The notes: generated from the letters alone by a model not told the origin. 64,000 nt of DNA from Candidatus Sumerlaeia bacterium (GCA_026415575.1 JAOAGV010000006.1:4028-68027), one strand, 5' to 3'. Counted from the first letter of the stretch, positions 30,066 through 40,162 are shown. Program-made: numbers and translations.

Positions 30066-31289
30066 CTACTCCAGCATCGCCAAGGGATTGGCGCGGTTCT
30101 GCAGGGGAAAGATTGCCAGTTTGCCCAAGCGCTGCGATTCAAACACGGCTACGATCATTTCGATGGCTATACGCCCGGTCTCGATGTCTGCCTTCGGCGG
30201 CCGGTCTTCCTCAATCGCGGCGATCAGGTCCTGCACCGCGAGCGTATTCCCCGCCGGCAGACCGCCGTCTTTCAGCGGCTCCGGCTTTCCAATGCCCGCC
30301 GAGGTAATGGGTATCCAGTTTTTCCCCGACCGTCCGGGCGACCATGCCGGATCGCCTTCGAGGATAAAAGCCGGCGGCAGATGGCCCGTGGTCATTTCGA
30401 TGATGCCGGTTGAGCCGAAAATCTGCAGGCCAAACCGGCTGCCGCCAGTTCCCGCATTGCGGACGGAATCGAAATAGGCCGCGGCGCCGCCATCGAGCCG
30501 ATACATGGCATGAACGGTGTCGCCGGCCAGCGGGCCGATGCCCTCGGCGCCGGCTTTTACGTCTTGGCGCCGAATCGGACGGCCGTTTTCGTAGACGCTG
30601 CCGAAACACCACTGCGGCTTGCCGCCGAACAGATGCACCAGGTCGAGGACGTGCGTGCCGAGCACCCAGAGGTCCTCGCCGCCGCCGCGCCGGTCTTCCT
30701 TGCCGCGGCCGCGAAATTCCAGCACCTGCCCGATGGCGCCGGCCTTGAGCAGGTCGCCCACGACGCGGGCAATCGGGCTGTAGCGCGTCTGGTGGGCGAT
30801 GGCCAGTTTCACGTTGTGCTTGCGGCAGACGGCCACCATTTCGTCGGCCTCGGCCAGAGTGCGACACATTGGCTTTTCGAGATAGACGCCGCGAACACCG
30901 CGTTCGGCCGCCGCCACGACCATGTCGCGGTGCTGATCGAGCCAGCGCGGCGCTATGCTGACCAGATCCGGTTTCACCTCGTCGAGCATGCGGCGATAAT
31001 CTGCATAGCCTTTTTCGACGCCCAGCCGCTTGAGAGCCGCCGCAAGCCCCTTCTCATCGGCATCGGCCACAGCCACCAGTTCGACGTTGGGAAGGCCGCG
31101 CCAGGCCAAATCGAGCGAGTGGCCGTAGTCGCCGCGCCCTGTGTGGCCGATGACTGCCGCGCGATAGGTGGTTTTGAATGCGGCCGCTCGCGCGTCCGGC
31201 CTCGATGCCGCCGCTGCGGCTGCGCCTGCACCCAAGGCCCATAGGAACTTTCGCCGTTGCAAAACGGTCTGTCTTTCCCGACGTTGCAT
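30066..31289 (-). CDS. Tat-signal Gfo/Idh/MocA-family NAD(P)-dependent oxidoreductase.
   Basis: Rossmann N-terminus RAAVIGHTGRGDYGH with PDLVSIAPRWLDQHRDMVVAAAERGVRGVYLEKP (GFO_IDH_MocA). Tat signal RRKFLWALGAGAAAAAA. Confidence 0.85.
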   Translation of the reverse strand: MQRRERQTVLQRRKFLWALGAGAAAAAASRPDARAAAFKTTYRAAVIGHTGRGDYGHSLDLAWRGLPNVELVAVADADEKGLAAALKRLGVEKGYADYRRMLDEVKPDLVSIAPRWLDQHRDMVVAAAERGVRGVYLEKPMCRTLAEADEMVAVCRKHNVKLAIAHQTRYSPIARVVGDLLKAGAIGQVLEFRGRGKEDRRGGGEDLWVLGTHVLDLVHLFGGKPQWCFGSVYENGRPIRRQDVKAGAEGIGPLAGDTVHAMYRLDGGAAAYFDSVRNAGTGGSRFGLQIFGSTGIIEMTTGHLPPAFILEGDPAWSPGRSGKNWIPITSAGIGKPEPLKDGGLPAGNTLAVQDLIAAIEEDRPPKADIETGRIAIEMIVAVFESQRLGKLAIFPLQNRANPLAMLE

Positions 31290-31481
31290 GATTGCACCTC
31301 TTCAGAATGGTCTTTTCCACAGACCAAGGCACAATGGCACGGTCCGGTTTTTCCGTCAATGGCCAAGGGCAAATGGCTTGGCGGTTTTGCTTGCCACAGT
31401 GGGGTCTCTTGATGTTGTGCGGGAAGAAAAACAAGAGACAGAACGTGCGGGGAAAAAACCGGCCAGGCCGTTCAGCCGAAG

Positions 31482-33182
31482 TTACATCTCGGCTTCGGCG
31501 GACGTTTCCGGAGCAGTTTTTGCGGGGCGAAGCCGGCGGGCCTGCGGCAGATAGGAACTTTCCGGATGGGTTTTTTCGAGGCGGTCCACCCATTTGAGGG
31601 CGGCTGCCGTATCGCCGGCTTTGGTCGCAGCCATGGCGGCGCAATACATGACACAATCGCGCGTATAGCGCCAGGTTTTTCCGGCATAGTATTCGAGAGC
31701 AAAGTCGGCGCGATCGAGAATCCACTGCGCCTCTTCGTCGGTCATGCCGCCTTTGGCAAACCGCGCATAGCGGTCGCTGCACCAGTTGACGACCGCGGCG
31801 GCCAACCGGCGCCGTGTGGCCGCCAACGCACCGGACGTTTCGGCATCTTCAGCCACCCGTATGCCTGTTGTTCCTTCAAACGCCGCCACAACACCGTCCA
31901 GCTGGGGAATATCGGCGCTGGTCAGGGCAGTCAGAGTGCTCTTGATGCGGTCCACATCGAGCCGGCGCAGGTCGGCCCGTGCTTGTTCGAGCAATTCGGG
32001 CGCTCCCAGCGGTGTCCCATACGCAGCCAGCTGTTCCAGATCGGCAATGGCCGCACGAAGGGCGCTTGCGTTTTTCGCTGCAACGGCCTTTTTCATGCGC
32101 GATTCCAGCGGTTCGATGGCCGCTTCAAGCAGCTGCTGCGTAACCGATGACGCATCTGAATGACACTCCGGTGCGTGCCGGGCGATTTCCTGCACCCGCG
32201 CCAACCATGCCAACGTCTGCGAGGTCGAAAGACCCGATTCGGGGATTTTAGCCAGTTCGCGCAGCGCCCAAGCGCGCCGGCCCGCCGCCAGCGTTTCCGC
32301 CAGCCGTGCCGTCACCTCGGATTGTCCGATAAAAGCTTGGTTCATGGGCTCGATTCGGCGGACCAGTTCATCATAGGTAATCAAGTCCTGCTCGGCGGCG
32401 CGCTGCCAGATAGCGGCCATGTCGAGGGCCTTTTCCACCGCCTTTTGATCAAACAGGGCGAACTGGCGGTTGTATGGCTCCGGCGGTTCCCGCCCGGTGG
32501 TTACACGCTGAAACAGCTGGTGGGCCTCGACAGGCTTGTCGTTCAGGAGCAGAACAAACATTTCGGTGGACACGAGTTCATAGCGTTGCCGCACAGCCGC
32601 CTGAAGAAGGCGTGCGGCTTGGCGTATGCGCCGATTGTGCGCCGATTCTTCGAGACGCTCGGCGGTATTGAGCGCCCCGCCCAAATCGCCCGCTTCGATC
32701 TTGGCGAGGATTTGCCGCACCTGTTCATCGCTTTTGGTCGGACGTATCTGCCAGCCGATTAAAAATACAAACAACGCAGTCACCGCGGCGGCGCCATAGA
32801 CCAGCCAGCGCAGCCGCCGCAGGAGCGGCACGGCCTGTCGCGCGGTGTTGCTCTTGTTCAAATACTCATGGGCTTTCTGGATGTGCGGATCGAGTGCCAG
32901 TGCCGCCTGCCACGAACGTTCGGCCTCATCGAATTTTTCCATTTTGGCATAGACCGTTCCCATGACCACATGGGCGGGGACAAACGAGCGGTCCAGCTCG
33001 AGACAGTGTTCGAGCTCGGCCAGCGCTTCAGGGAAACGCTGGCGTTCGGCATGTTCGAGGGCGACGTTGTAGTGGTGGCGGGCTTTGTTGACAATCAGCC
33101 GCAACATGCTGATGTCTTTGCCGCAATGGTAACAGGCCTCGCGGTCGTCGCGGTTGTCGGTTGCGCAATAGGGGCATTTCAT
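31482..33182 (-). CDS. Zinc-ribbon plus TPR-repeat protein with one TM segment. Last gene of the hsp70 module.
   Basis: N-terminal CxxC...CxxC (MKCPYCATDNRDDREACYHCGKD). TPR helices (ALAELEHCLELDRSFVPAHVVMGTVYAKMEKFDEAERSWQAALALDP). Hydrophobic segment LVYGAAAVTALFVFLIGW, then a long helical C-terminal region. Confidence 0.6.
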   Translation of the reverse strand: MKCPYCATDNRDDREACYHCGKDISMLRLIVNKARHHYNVALEHAERQRFPEALAELEHCLELDRSFVPAHVVMGTVYAKMEKFDEAERSWQAALALDPHIQKAHEYLNKSNTARQAVPLLRRLRWLVYGAAAVTALFVFLIGWQIRPTKSDEQVRQILAKIEAGDLGGALNTAERLEESAHNRRIRQAARLLQAAVRQRYELVSTEMFVLLLNDKPVEAHQLFQRVTTGREPPEPYNRQFALFDQKAVEKALDMAAIWQRAAEQDLITYDELVRRIEPMNQAFIGQSEVTARLAETLAAGRRAWALRELAKIPESGLSTSQTLAWLARVQEIARHAPECHSDASSVTQQLLEAAIEPLESRMKKAVAAKNASALRAAIADLEQLAAYGTPLGAPELLEQARADLRRLDVDRIKSTLTALTSADIPQLDGVVAAFEGTTGIRVAEDAETSGALAATRRRLAAAVVNWCSDRYARFAKGGMTDEEAQWILDRADFALEYYAGKTWRYTRDCVMYCAAMAATKAGDTAAALKWVDRLEKTHPESSYLPQARRLRPAKTAPETSAEAEM

Positions 33183-33240
33183 AAGAAAAAGGGTTGACCT
33201 TGAACTTTGGTAAAGAAATCCGGCTTTCGGCACCTCGGAT

Positions 33241-33285
33241 GGCGAGACCAAGCGCGACGGGCCCATCCGGACTTGGTTCCTCGCC
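33241..33285 (-). other. Nested GC-rich stem-loop in the hsp70 / Zn-ribbon-TPR intergenic spacer.
   Basis: Stems ggcgag/ctcgcc and accaag/cttggt around the cgcgacgggcccatccgga loop. No U-tract follows. Confidence 0.3.
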
Positions 33286-33327
33286 TATGATACCCGAAAG
33301 CCGAGGTTCGAAATTCGATGCAAACTC

Positions 33328-35088
33328 TCAGGCTGCCCCGGCTGCCTCGACCTCATCCACGAGCCGCAGCAGATCATCCATGGCTTTTTCAATGGCCTCT
33401 TGGTTGCCGGATTTCATCACCTCGCGCAAGTGGGAGGAGCGTGTGCCCACCTGAGGGGCGAGCGGATGATTGCGGGCGGTGGCCAAAGCCTTCTGGGCGC
33501 GTTCCAGCAGTTGCTCGGCCTGTTCCTCGACGGACTCCTTCATGCGCTGGCGAAGCATCTGGGTAACGCGATCGCGGGCCTCGCGCACCATCCGTTGTTT
33601 CTCGGCCTCGCTCAACCGTGTGTCGGTCGCTTCGATGACAATGCGCTTTTCGACGCCGGTGGCGAGGTCCTCGGCGCGGGCCTCCAAAATCCGGTCGGCG
33701 TTCAGCCGGAATGTTACTTCGATGCGCGGGACACCGCGGGGGGCGGGCGTGATGCCCTCGATGCGCAACATGTCGAGGAACGTATTCTCGGAGGCAATCG
33801 GCTCCTCGCCCTCGTAGATGGGGAACGAGATGGCCTCCTGAAAATCGCGTGTGGTCGTGAACACGTCCTTGGCCTCGGTCGGATACGTCGAGTTGCGCTC
33901 GATGATCACGGCATACTGGTCGTTTTGCAGACCGACGCCGAGGGAGAACGGCGTCATGTGAATAATGACGGGTTTTTCTTTTCCATAACGCGTGGCCAGC
34001 GTATCCTCGATGCTGCCGTCCAGAGGGGCGAGCACCAGTGTTTGCACGGCGGCGCCCAAGGCCACGACTTCTTCCGGCGAGATGTCGCGGTGCGGGGTTT
34101 TGCCCAGATGCGCTTTGACCAGACGCTGCACGGCCGGGATGCGCGTGGAGCCGCCCACCAGCAGAATCGTGTCCACCTTCTCCGGCGTCAGGTTGGCGTC
34201 TTCGAGCGCCTGATTGATGGGCGGGATGGTCTGCTGAATGAGGTCCTCGATCAGTTCCTCAAACTTCTCGCGTGTCAGGGTAACGTCGAGCGACAGCGGC
34301 CCTTTGTCGGTCATGTGGATCGCCTCGACCATCACGTGCGTTTCCTTGATTTCCGACAATTCAATCTTGGCCTCTTCGGCCGCCTCTTTGAGCCGCTGCA
34401 TGGCGATGGGGTCGCCGCTCAGGTCCACGCCCGTCTGCTCCTTGAAGACGGAAAGCAGATGTTGGACAATCCGCATGTCGAAATCATCGCCGCCCAAGTG
34501 CGTGTTGCCGTGAATGGCCAGCACTTGGAACACGCCGGAGATGACCTCGATGATGGACACGTCAAATGTGCCGCCGCCGAGGTCATAGACCAGAATCACC
34601 TGGTCTTCCTTTTTGTCGAGGCCGTAGGCCAGCGCGGCCGCCGTCGGTTCGTCAATAATGCGGCGGACTTTGAGGCCGGCGATCTCGCCGGCGTCTTTGG
34701 TGGCCTGCCGCTGGGCGTCGGTGAAATAGGCCGGGCACGTAATGACCGCCTGACTGCAATCTTCGCCGAAGTACTCCTCGGCATCCTGTTTGAGTTTCTG
34801 GAGGATAATACCTGAGATTTCCTGAGGCGTGTATTCCTTGCCGTCAATGCGCACGCGGTAGTTGCTGCCCATGTGCCGTTTGATCGAAAAGACCGTGCGG
34901 CCGACGTTCATGACCGCCCCGCGCTTGGCTTTCTTGCCGACCAGAATCTCCCCGCTTTTGGTGAAGCCCACGACCGAAGGGGTCAGCCGCTCCCCGATCG
35001 AGTTGGGCACAATGAACGGTCCGCTTTTGTCTATCACAGCGACGACCGAATTCGTAGTGCCCAAGTCAATTCCCAGAATCCGCCCCAT
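33328..35088 (-). CDS. dnaK: Hsp70-family chaperone. DnaK-like but short (586 aa) with a truncated, divergent C-terminal lid.
   Basis: Hsp70 signatures IDLGTTNS, DLGGGTFD and GGSTRIP. Substrate-binding-domain block TPFSLGVGLQND..IIERNSTYPT. Directly downstream of grpE. Confidence 0.85.
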   Translation of the reverse strand: MGRILGIDLGTTNSVVAVIDKSGPFIVPNSIGERLTPSVVGFTKSGEILVGKKAKRGAVMNVGRTVFSIKRHMGSNYRVRIDGKEYTPQEISGIILQKLKQDAEEYFGEDCSQAVITCPAYFTDAQRQATKDAGEIAGLKVRRIIDEPTAAALAYGLDKKEDQVILVYDLGGGTFDVSIIEVISGVFQVLAIHGNTHLGGDDFDMRIVQHLLSVFKEQTGVDLSGDPIAMQRLKEAAEEAKIELSEIKETHVMVEAIHMTDKGPLSLDVTLTREKFEELIEDLIQQTIPPINQALEDANLTPEKVDTILLVGGSTRIPAVQRLVKAHLGKTPHRDISPEEVVALGAAVQTLVLAPLDGSIEDTLATRYGKEKPVIIHMTPFSLGVGLQNDQYAVIIERNSTYPTEAKDVFTTTRDFQEAISFPIYEGEEPIASENTFLDMLRIEGITPAPRGVPRIEVTFRLNADRILEARAEDLATGVEKRIVIEATDTRLSEAEKQRMVREARDRVTQMLRQRMKESVEEQAEQLLERAQKALATARNHPLAPQVGTRSSHLREVMKSGNQEAIEKAMDDLLRLVDEVEAAGAA

Positions 35089-35096
35089 GACGCTTT

Positions 35097-35657
35097 CTAT
35101 CTCCTTTCATTCGATGCCACAACGACCTGCGCTTCGCGCAACAGGCGCCCCCGAAACACATATCCCCGTTGACGAATGGCCATAATGGTATCCGGTTTGT
35201 GATCCGGGGAATACCGATATTCCACGACCTCGTGGAGGTCAAGATTGACCGGCTTTCCGATGTCTTCCATACCAAAAAGGCCGATCTTTTCAAGCAAATT
35301 CTTTAGGCGAAAGTACACACTCTCGACACTGCGCAGCCAGTTGGTCAGCGTCGGGTCGTCGGGAAACGTCCGCCCCATCGCCAAGGTTCGCTCGAATCCA
35401 TCCAGCACCGGCAACATGCGCTTCATCAGGTTGAACATCTCATCGCTTTCGCCGCGGGCCTGTTCGAGCATTCGGGTGGTGACGGTGAGCCGCTCATTTT
35501 CGGCCAGAAGCCAACTAATCTGCCCGAGCAGATCGTCGCCGGCCTCGCGCTCGGCCGCCGGTCGTTTCGGCACCGTCACGGCCACCGGTTTCTCGTCCAC
35601 AACGAATTCCAACTCTGAGAAAGGCCACATTACCGGAATGTCCCTATAACGTTTCAA
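35097..35657 (-). CDS. grpE: Nucleotide exchange factor GrpE.
   Basis: GrpE C-terminal signature NLDLHEVVEYRYSPDHKPDTIMAIRQRGYVFRGRLLREAQVVVA. Its stop lies 9 nt before the hsp70 start. Confidence 0.8.
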   Translation of the reverse strand: MKRYRDIPVMWPFSELEFVVDEKPVAVTVPKRPAAEREAGDDLLGQISWLLAENERLTVTTRMLEQARGESDEMFNLMKRMLPVLDGFERTLAMGRTFPDDPTLTNWLRSVESVYFRLKNLLEKIGLFGMEDIGKPVNLDLHEVVEYRYSPDHKPDTIMAIRQRGYVFRGRLLREAQVVVASNERR

Positions 35658-35804
35658 TCATACCACCAGAAATACGCAGGAGGAAAATGTGCGGGTTGGG
35701 TTTCTTGCAGTTCCCAACATTCCTATTTCCGCTTTCCACCCCTCGCTTTCCGATTCGTGGCTCACACCGTCCGATGTCAACTTCTTGTTCCCTTCGCCCA
35801 TAGT

Positions 35805-37088
35805 TTAGCGCCGGAGCTTCATTTCCGACAACGCTTTTTTTGCAAATTTATTTTTCGGGTTGGCCGCGAGGGCCTGGTTGTAATGCGCAATAGCCGATCG
35901 AAAATCGCCTTTGAGCCGATAAGTTTCGCCGATTTCGAAAAGAACGTCATCATTATTGGGCATAAACTTCAACAATTCTTTGAAGTGGACCAAGGCCACG
36001 GTATATTGGCCAGTCTCGCGGCAGCGTTTCCCCAAGGTCAAGCGGGCTTGAATGATGTTGTTCCGCGTCTCGGCGTTCTTGCTGTCCAGCTGCAAGCTTC
36101 GCGCCCATGTCCGGAACGCCCCTTCCACCTGGCCGCTGTTGATAAGCGCCCAGCCCAGCAGATTCAGCACGTCTATGTTGTTGGGGAACTGCTGGCGCAG
36201 CGAATCGAGTTCCTGTGCGGCCTCGGCGTATTTCTTCTCCTCCATATACGTGGCGGCGATCTGATACCGGGCGTCGAAATCGCTGGGATTGATCTTGAGA
36301 ACCTCGCGGTATTCGCTGAGCGCCGACTCGCTGTCGCGCTGCACACCCAAGGCTTTGCCGCCGTGATGCTTGTGCACCTCGATAATCAGCGACTTGAGAT
36401 ACGGGTCGTCGGGCGACTGGTCGAGGGCCGCCTTCCAGCGCCGGATGGCCTCGCCCCAGTAGCGGTTGGCCTTCTCGTCCTGTCCGGCCATTTCGCAGGC
36501 CAGTGCCAGATTGTGGATAATGGCCAGATTGTCGGGGTTCATCTGCAAGGCGCGTTCCCACAGATCAATCGCCTCGGCATACAAGTCGTGCAGCGCATAA
36601 TAGTAGCCCAGATTGATATAGGAATGATTCAGATTGTGCTTGGCGCGCCGGTGCGTGGCGTCCAATCCCAACACCGCCTGCCAGTCCTTGATGGCCTCGG
36701 CCCACAATTTCCGCTTCACATGGACATAGCTTCGCCGCATGTAGGCCGTAATCAGTTGGTTCATGGTTTCGACATCGGCGGGGTCTTTCTCGAACTTTTG
36801 CTCCAACTCGCGGATTTGCGAGGGCAAGGCGGTCTCTGCGGCCTCTTCGATCATTTCTTCGGAAGTGAATGCGAACTGGCCTTCCACGTAGTTGAACGTG
36901 AACGCATCTTCCCGCGCCCGCTTCTCCGGATCTCGCAGCGTTTCATACGCCCGATTGATGGCCATAAACCGGTCGGTGTGCGTCTCCGGAGGAAACTGCT
37001 TCACCAACTCGATGTAGGCTTGCTTAATCTGTTCCTCGGTCACGCCCTTGCGCAGGTTAAGCACCGAGTAGGAATTCTTCTGAGACAT
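35805..37088 (-). CDS. J-domain-like protein with a degenerate HPD motif fused to multiple TPR repeats. First gene of the hsp70 module.
   Basis: J-like N-terminus YSVLNLRKGVTEEQIKQAYIELVKQFPPETHTDRFMAINRAYETLRDPEKR. Helices II and III are conserved, and the HPD position reads PPETHTD. It is followed by about 8 TPR units. Start set at MSQKNSYSVLNL. Confidence 0.65.
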   Translation of the reverse strand: MSQKNSYSVLNLRKGVTEEQIKQAYIELVKQFPPETHTDRFMAINRAYETLRDPEKRAREDAFTFNYVEGQFAFTSEEMIEEAAETALPSQIRELEQKFEKDPADVETMNQLITAYMRRSYVHVKRKLWAEAIKDWQAVLGLDATHRRAKHNLNHSYINLGYYYALHDLYAEAIDLWERALQMNPDNLAIIHNLALACEMAGQDEKANRYWGEAIRRWKAALDQSPDDPYLKSLIIEVHKHHGGKALGVQRDSESALSEYREVLKINPSDFDARYQIAATYMEEKKYAEAAQELDSLRQQFPNNIDVLNLLGWALINSGQVEGAFRTWARSLQLDSKNAETRNNIIQARLTLGKRCRETGQYTVALVHFKELLKFMPNNDDVLFEIGETYRLKGDFRSAIAHYNQALAANPKNKFAKKALSEMKLRR

Positions 37089-37416
37089 AATGAAACCTAA
37101 TGTGCAATCAAGCTGACGGACAGCCGGAGACGGGACCTTCTGGCGATTCGGCCATCCGCGCGACAGGCTCAAGGGTGGTATGCTGAGCCGTCCGTTGCGC
37201 CCTTGCAAGCGAAAAAAACGCCTGCACGCGACAGCCCTCTATTGCATCAGCCTGTAATTGGAGAATGATGCATGAGAAACCTTGCCGTTGCCGAGAAGGT
37301 CAGAGGAGTAAAATGATATGTCTCAATTGCGCATTTTGGATTTCATCCAGGTACGCAGACCTTACGGCTGTGGAATCCACGTACGTTGTCCGACAGGCTT
37401 TATGCGGGAGGGTCTA

Positions 37417-38115
37417 TCAATAGCGGTAGGCTTCAACAAGCGCGCGTTGGCCCAACTCGCGGGCGTCGCCGCCAAGGTCTTTTTTCCATACTGAAATAAT
37501 CAGCACCGACCGGCTTTTTTCTTCCGGGCCACCCCAAGGAGTCATGACATGTGCGGGCGGAAAATCCCTGCCGCTTACAACCACTATCACACGCTCGGAG
37601 TCGGCAACCAGTTCAAGACGCTTTCCATATTGGGCGAGGCTGTCGAACAAGACGGCCTTCAGCCGCTCGACTTTCTTCGGGTCGAACAACGGCCACACAG
37701 GGTGGGACGGCACGATTCTGGATTGCGAAAGAATTGAACCCGCAAAGGGGTCGCGAGGGGCAACGCCCTCGATCTCGCGCTCGGTGCGCGCCCATAAGTC
37801 GTCGGGCTGGGGCTTATCCGGGGGCTTGGGCGTTTCGGGCGCGACCACGGCAAACTTGGCATCCACAAAAAACAGCGCGCCGATTCCCGCCACATAGTAC
37901 CCCTCGATGCCGCGTTGAATCATGCTGGCCGTTACGATTTCATCGTGCAGCTCTGATTCCAGCCGCTTCTCCAGCACACGCGCCATCACGGCCAACTGTT
38001 TGCCGATGTGGGATTCCTCGCCGGCCCCGACTCCCGCCGTCCTTGGACTCGAAGCAATTGAGGCCGCAGCAACCACTAAAGCCGCCGCGTATGGAATCAT
38101 GGAGAAACCGGTCAT
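37417..38115 (-). CDS. Secreted hypothetical protein, paralog B of the ECF-sigma-linked pair.
   Basis: Signal peptide MTGFSMIPYAAALVVAAASIASS. It aligns with the upstream paralog: QLAVMARVLEKRLESELHDEIV...DDLWARTEREIEG versus QVNTMAKVLETRLREELGADLV...EDLWARMERGEP, and RLKAVLFDSLAQYGKRL...VIVVVSG versus KLDTLERVILETLAKYGERM...IIVLVGG. Confidence 0.5.
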   Translation of the reverse strand: MTGFSMIPYAAALVVAAASIASSPRTAGVGAGEESHIGKQLAVMARVLEKRLESELHDEIVTASMIQRGIEGYYVAGIGALFFVDAKFAVVAPETPKPPDKPQPDDLWARTEREIEGVAPRDPFAGSILSQSRIVPSHPVWPLFDPKKVERLKAVLFDSLAQYGKRLELVADSERVIVVVSGRDFPPAHVMTPWGGPEEKSRSVLIISVWKKDLGGDARELGQRALVEAYRY

Positions 38116-38221
38116 CGCTTCTGCCTCCGGCTTTTGGCCTATTGGCACAAAACATGACTTGGTGCGCAGGGGTGTGCACGTGCGCGCAGCGTCACGCACG
38201 TGCACACAAACCTGCCGGCGT

Positions 38222-39358
38222 TCAGGGTTCGGCGTCCTTGACGATAACCGTGTCCTCAATCACACCGGCCTCACCGCCGCCTGCGGGCGACCCGGCATAT
38301 TTCTGAATGTGCGACTTCTTACGCAGCTCATCCGGGTCTTTTGCCAAGTCGTTTTTCTTGACCCTAAACACCCACGACGAGCCGCCCGCAGCGCCGCCGC
38401 CGAAAGCCAGCATCCCACTGAACATGCCGCCGTGTGGTGTCCCGTCGAAGCGGTAGCTATACGCCAAAGTGGCGGCGCGCTTGGCATGGGCTTTGGCCAG
38501 TTCCGCCTGCAGTTCGGCAATGCGCTTTTGTTGGTCGGCGACCGCACGGCCGGCGTCGCGTCCCTTTTTGTCCTTCGTCATCTCGGCGATTTTTTTCTGC
38601 AACTCGCGCAACTCCCCTTCGATTCTCTTGATGCTTTCCTGCACCGGTTCCGCCGGTTGCGGCTCAAGGGGCGGAAGGGGACCCGGCGAAAAGTGAGTCA
38701 CATAAAGTCCGCCGGTCGGATTGCCCCCGCCGACCAGCACAATGATGTTGTCGTCATCGCCAAGTGCTGTCATTCGCTCGCCGTATTTTGCCAACGTTTC
38801 CAGAATTACCCGCTCGAGCGTGTCGAGTTTTTTCGCAGCATCGGCCGGGGGGATGGGTCCGGTTCTGTGCACGAACACTTCGCCGCGGCGCTCGGCTGCG
38901 GCCTTGTCGGGCTGGGCCTCGCGGGGGCCGCCTCGTGGCGGAGCAGCGGGCGGTGCAGGCGCTGTGCGCGCATGCCGAACGGACTGGATGACACGCGTGC
39001 CTGCCGGCTCTCCCCGTTCCATGCGGGCCCATAAATCCTCCTCTTCGGCCTTGGGTGGCTTTTCAGCCGGGGGTTGGGGTTCGACCACCGGAAAATTGAC
39101 ATTCAGCTGAAAAATTGCGCCGACGCCGGGAACCGCAAAGCCGCGGACGCCGCCCGGTTGAAACAAACTTGGCCCCACGAGGTCGGCGCCGAGTTCCTCG
39201 CGCAATCGAGTCTCCAGCACCTTCGCCATGGTGTTGACTTGGCGAACCAAGTCTTTCTCTGCGGGTTTCTCGTCCGCCGCCCCAAGCGCCGTTGCGTGAA
39301 TTGAAGCCGCCAGCACCGCGGCGAATACACCCACGGCCAATTGCAATATTCTGTTCAT
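38222..39358 (-). CDS. Secreted hypothetical protein, paralog A: the same N-terminal domain plus a Pro/Ala-rich linker and a coiled-coil region.
   Basis: Signal peptide MNRILQLAVGVFAAVLAASIHATALGAA. RBS GGAGGAAGG before the ATG. Coiled-coil segment IKRIEGELRELQKKIAEMTKD...RIAELQAELAKAH. Confidence 0.55.
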   Translation of the reverse strand: MNRILQLAVGVFAAVLAASIHATALGAADEKPAEKDLVRQVNTMAKVLETRLREELGADLVGPSLFQPGGVRGFAVPGVGAIFQLNVNFPVVEPQPPAEKPPKAEEEDLWARMERGEPAGTRVIQSVRHARTAPAPPAAPPRGGPREAQPDKAAAERRGEVFVHRTGPIPPADAAKKLDTLERVILETLAKYGERMTALGDDDNIIVLVGGGNPTGGLYVTHFSPGPLPPLEPQPAEPVQESIKRIEGELRELQKKIAEMTKDKKGRDAGRAVADQQKRIAELQAELAKAHAKRAATLAYSYRFDGTPHGGMFSGMLAFGGGAAGGSSWVFRVKKNDLAKDPDELRKKSHIQKYAGSPAGGGEAGVIEDTVIVKDAEP

Positions 39359-39462
39359 CGCACCTTCCTCCTTCCCGTTTGATTTGGAGTTCCGCCTTTG
39401 GGCGGACCTATGTCCGCACGCAACAATCCGCCCGGCATCGGGCCCAAATCCGCCGGCCGGCT

Positions 39463-40107
39463 TCACCGAATGCCAAGCGTCTCGTTGACCGTGCTTGCAA
39501 ACACGCCAAAGGTCCGTTTCACCTCGTTCATATCGTTTTCACGCTGGAGCAGAAGCGCATTTCGCAGCGCGAGCAGACCGGCTTGGTGGCTGGATTCCAA
39601 TTCGCCGAGGGTTTGCGCCAGCTCAAGCAGAGCGGGCTGCACTTGGGCAGTCAGTTCTTCCTGCACTACGGTGCGAATAGCGTCCTCGCTCCAGAACGCT
39701 TGTCCACCCGGCGTTGCCACGGCTCCAACCCTCCCGCCAAACGCCACTTCCCACTGGCCGATGCGGACAGCGACACCGTAGCGAGCGCACAGCAGGGCAA
39801 GGAGAGAAGCCGCGGCCAGAGCAACACCCCAGCGCGCAAGCCGGCGGGATGCGCCCTGCGAAAGATTTGCCGCCTTCCGCCGCTCCGCATTTTCTTCCGC
39901 CATGGCGGATGCGCACAAATCGCCCAATGCTACAGGCCGCGCCGGGGCGTCCGGCAGCGAGCGCAGCAGGCCGACCGTTGCACGCAGCTCGGCGGCGCGT
40001 TGTGCACACGCGGCACACTCCGCGATGTGTGCCTGCATCTGCACGCTCGCTTTATCATCCAATTCGCCCAGCACATGGGCGGCAAGTTTTTCGCGATCGC
40101 AGTTCAC
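39463..40107 (-). CDS. Anti-sigma factor (zf-HC2 type) with one TM segment.
   Basis: N-terminal motif AAHVLGELDD...HIAECAACAQ (HxxxCxxC). TM segment VALAAASLLALLCARYGVAV. Likely GTG start with RBS GGAGGTGG 6 nt upstream. Confidence 0.7.
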   Translation of the reverse strand: MNCDREKLAAHVLGELDDKASVQMQAHIAECAACAQRAAELRATVGLLRSLPDAPARPVALGDLCASAMAEENAERRKAANLSQGASRRLARWGVALAAASLLALLCARYGVAVRIGQWEVAFGGRVGAVATPGGQAFWSEDAIRTVVQEELTAQVQPALLELAQTLGELESSHQAGLLALRNALLLQRENDMNEVKRTFGVFASTVNETLGIR

Positions 40108-40162
40108 GGATTTCCACCTCCATATTGGACAGCGGTTCTTTGATGCCAACTCTGTCGAAACT

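Noticed and set aside
33295-33327. tRNA-like T-loop-like string ggttcgaaattcga in the hsp70 spacer
   Set aside because: No acceptor stem or cloverleaf can be drawn around it, and the GGTTCGAATCC consensus is not met. I found no tRNA anywhere in the window.
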